From Gammaproteobacteria bacterium (GTDB lineage Bacteria > Pseudomonadota > Gammaproteobacteria > CAJXQU01), in the NCBI GenBank assembly GCA_965238175.1, contig CBDEGZ010000003.1, forward strand, positions 2,144,001-2,208,000: a stretch of DNA of 64,000 nucleotides, given 5' to 3'. Shown one piece after another: positions 62,108 to 64,000 of the stretch. The notes below the pieces were generated by a model. It worked only from the letters and a program-made list of their open reading frames with translations, was not told where the DNA came from and made no database searches. Within the stretch, counting starts at the first letter, position 1. Each line of letters begins with the position of its first letter. The translations under genes were made by a program, and so were the position numbers.

Positions 62108-64000
62108 TTGTCAGCTAATCCAGAAGATCTAAACATCAATAAAATCGCATTTGATCTCAATGGCAAAAGCATTGAGGCCTATGAAGACGAAACTATTCTT
62201 CAGGCGGCTAAACGAGAAGGTGTCGAAATTCCACATCTCTGTTATACCGACGACATGCGTGCAGATGGCAACTGCCGTGCTTGTGTTGTAGAAGTTGATG
62301 GCGAGCGTGTACTTGCACCGTCTTGCTGTCGATATCCAACAGATGGGATGAAGGTAAATACAGAGAGTGAAAGAGCTCTCAAATCTCAGAAGATGGTTCT
62401 GGAATTATTGATCTCCGACATGCCAGAACAAGGTGAGTCGCCCTACTCCAATGTCTCCGAACTTGATAGCTGGGCAAAAAAACTGGAGGTATCAAAACCT
62501 CGTTTTGATCAGCGAAACCAACCAGCAGAGGATATATCTCATCCTGCTATCGCGGTTAACCTTGATGCCTGTATCCAATGTAATCGCTGTGTACGTGCCT
62601 GTCGTGAAGAACAAGGTAATGATGTAATCGGCTACGCTCATCGTGGCTCGCACTCAAAAATCGTTTTTGATCTTGATGATCCAATGGCTGAAAGTACCTG
62701 TGTTGCTTGCGGTGAATGTGTACAAGCCTGCCCTACTGGTGCATTAATGCCGGCCAATGAAGTAGCTCTGGTTAAAACTGATAAAGCGGTCGATTCAACA
62801 TGCCCGTATTGTGGTGTCGGTTGCTTGATCAAATATCACGTTAAAGATAACGAAATCCTATATACCGAAGGCCGAATGGAAGGTCCTGCGAACAAAGGAC
62901 GGCTGTGTGTAAAAGGTCGTTATGGTTTTGACTATATTCATAATCCATTGCGTCTGACTAAGCCCCTCATTAGAAGAGAAGGAGTCGCTAAGACAGTTGA
63001 GCTTCTTGATCCTGCTGATCTTGATAAGGTATTCCGAGAAGCATCATGGGATGAAGCACTCGATTTTGCCGCTGATGGTCTTAAAAAAATCCGAGATGAA
63101 ATTAGTCCAAAAGCACTCGCAGGGCTCGGCTCGGCAAAAGGCAGTAACGAAGAAGCTTACTTGTTCCAAAAATTGGTGCGGACTGGATTTAGAAGCAATA
63201 ATGTCGATCACTGTACGCGACTTTGTCATGCATCATCTGTTGCAGCATTACTGGAATGTATTGGATCCGGTGCTGTTTCGAATCCTGTTGAGGACGTAGC
63301 TTTAGCTGAAGTTGTTATTCTTATTGGTGCAAACCCAACCATAAATCATCCGGTTGGCGGCTCATTCATCAAAAATGCCACAAAAAACGGAACGAAATTG
63401 ATCGTCATTGATCCCAGACGAAACGGCATGGCCAACTATGCAAGCCATTATCTTCAATTCCGTCCTGATACTGATGTTGCCCTGTTAAACGGGATTATGC
63501 ACACCATTCTCGATGAAGGTCTGCAAAACGATGAGTACATGGAACAGTATACAGAGGGTTTCGAGAAACTCGCTGAACATTTAAAAGATTACCCTGCAGA
63601 AAAAGTCGCCCCAATTTGTGGGATTGATGCAGATACTATCAAAGAAGTAGCACGTTTATATGCATCATCTAAAGGCTCTATGATTCTCTGGGGCATGGGT
63701 ATTTCTCAACACATCCATGGTACTGATAATTCACGCTGCCTGATCTCTATGGCATTAATGACAGGTCAAATTGGTCGTCCAGGATCAGGGCTACATCCAT
63801 TACGTGGACAAAATAATGTACAAGGTGCATCTGATGTAGGTTTAATTCCAATGGTTTATCCAGACTATCAACCTGTCACTAACTCAACAGTCAGAGAGAA
63901 ATTTGAAAAACTTTGGGGTACAGATCTCGATCCGGAAAATGGCCTGACTACTGTTGAAATGGTTCATGCAGCCTATGACGGAAAAGTTAAAGGAATGTAC
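62108..64000 (+). CDS. fdhF: Formate dehydrogenase alpha subunit (partial, runs off window)
   Basis: IPHLCY..GNCRAC, CIQCNRC, CPYCGVGC, DHCTRLCH (Cys ligand) and PLRGQNNVQG. Confidence 0.92.
   Translation, partial: MSANPEDLNINKIAFDLNGKSIEAYEDETILQAAKREGVEIPHLCYTDDMRADGNCRACVVEVDGERVLAPSCCRYPTDGMKVNTESERALKSQKMVLELLISDMPEQGESPYSNVSELDSWAKKLEVSKPRFDQRNQPAEDISHPAIAVNLDACIQCNRCVRACREEQGNDVIGYAHRGSHSKIVFDLDDPMAESTCVACGECVQACPTGALMPANEVALVKTDKAVDSTCPYCGVGCLIKYHVKDNEILYTEGRMEGPANKGRLCVKGRYGFDYIHNPLRLTKPLIRREGVAKTVELLDPADLDKVFREASWDEALDFAADGLKKIRDEISPKALAGLGSAKGSNEEAYLFQKLVRTGFRSNNVDHCTRLCHASSVAALLECIGSGAVSNPVEDVALAEVVILIGANPTINHPVGGSFIKNATKNGTKLIVIDPRRNGMANYASHYLQFRPDTDVALLNGIMHTILDEGLQNDEYMEQYTEGFEKLAEHLKDYPAEKVAPICGIDADTIKEVARLYASSKGSMILWGMGISQHIHGTDNSRCLISMALMTGQIGRPGSGLHPLRGQNNVQGASDVGLIPMVYPDYQPVTNSTVREKFEKLWGTDLDPENGLTTVEMVHAAYDGKVKGMY

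Noticed and set aside
63205-63235. Selenocysteine in the formate dehydrogenase alpha subunit
   Set aside because: The active-site codon is TGT (DHCTRLCH). The ORF is missing from the track only because it runs off the window.

Overview
AT-rich gammaproteobacterial chromosome segment with five parts. (1) 1-7.1 kb: an exopolysaccharide/PEP-CTERM-type locus with two ATP-grasp ligases, an RraA-family protein, a VPLPA-CTERM surface protein, an acyltransferase and a Wzx flippase, followed by rluC and rne. (2) 10.9-13.3 kb: an IS481-family element inserted inside the terminal hairpin of a second copy of itself. (3) 13.3-31.9 kb: a chromosomal integron with about 31 attC sites on the minus strand. 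It appears to be decaying: intI is frameshifted, the attI core seems to lack its G, several cassettes are frameshifted, and an IS110-family element inserted in an attC is itself cut by an IS3 element. (4) 32-44 kb: housekeeping genes moaB, thiC with a TPP riboswitch, pcm, rhodanese, a tolC deletion scar, waaA, hldD, hldE and dsbC. (5) 44-64 kb: a roughly 15 kb amide/urea island bounded by a duplicated lysR 3' end, carrying urtABCDE-like transport, formamidase, a transporter-fused sensor kinase, a porin and the scar of a deleted urt-urease operon, next to NAD-dependent formate dehydrogenase genes. The most unusual signal is one 27-28 nt hairpin insert found at the identical position (inside the Asp codon of the NCW-DN motif) in three separate IS3-family transposase sequences. 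All alignments and family assignments were made by eye, without database searches.
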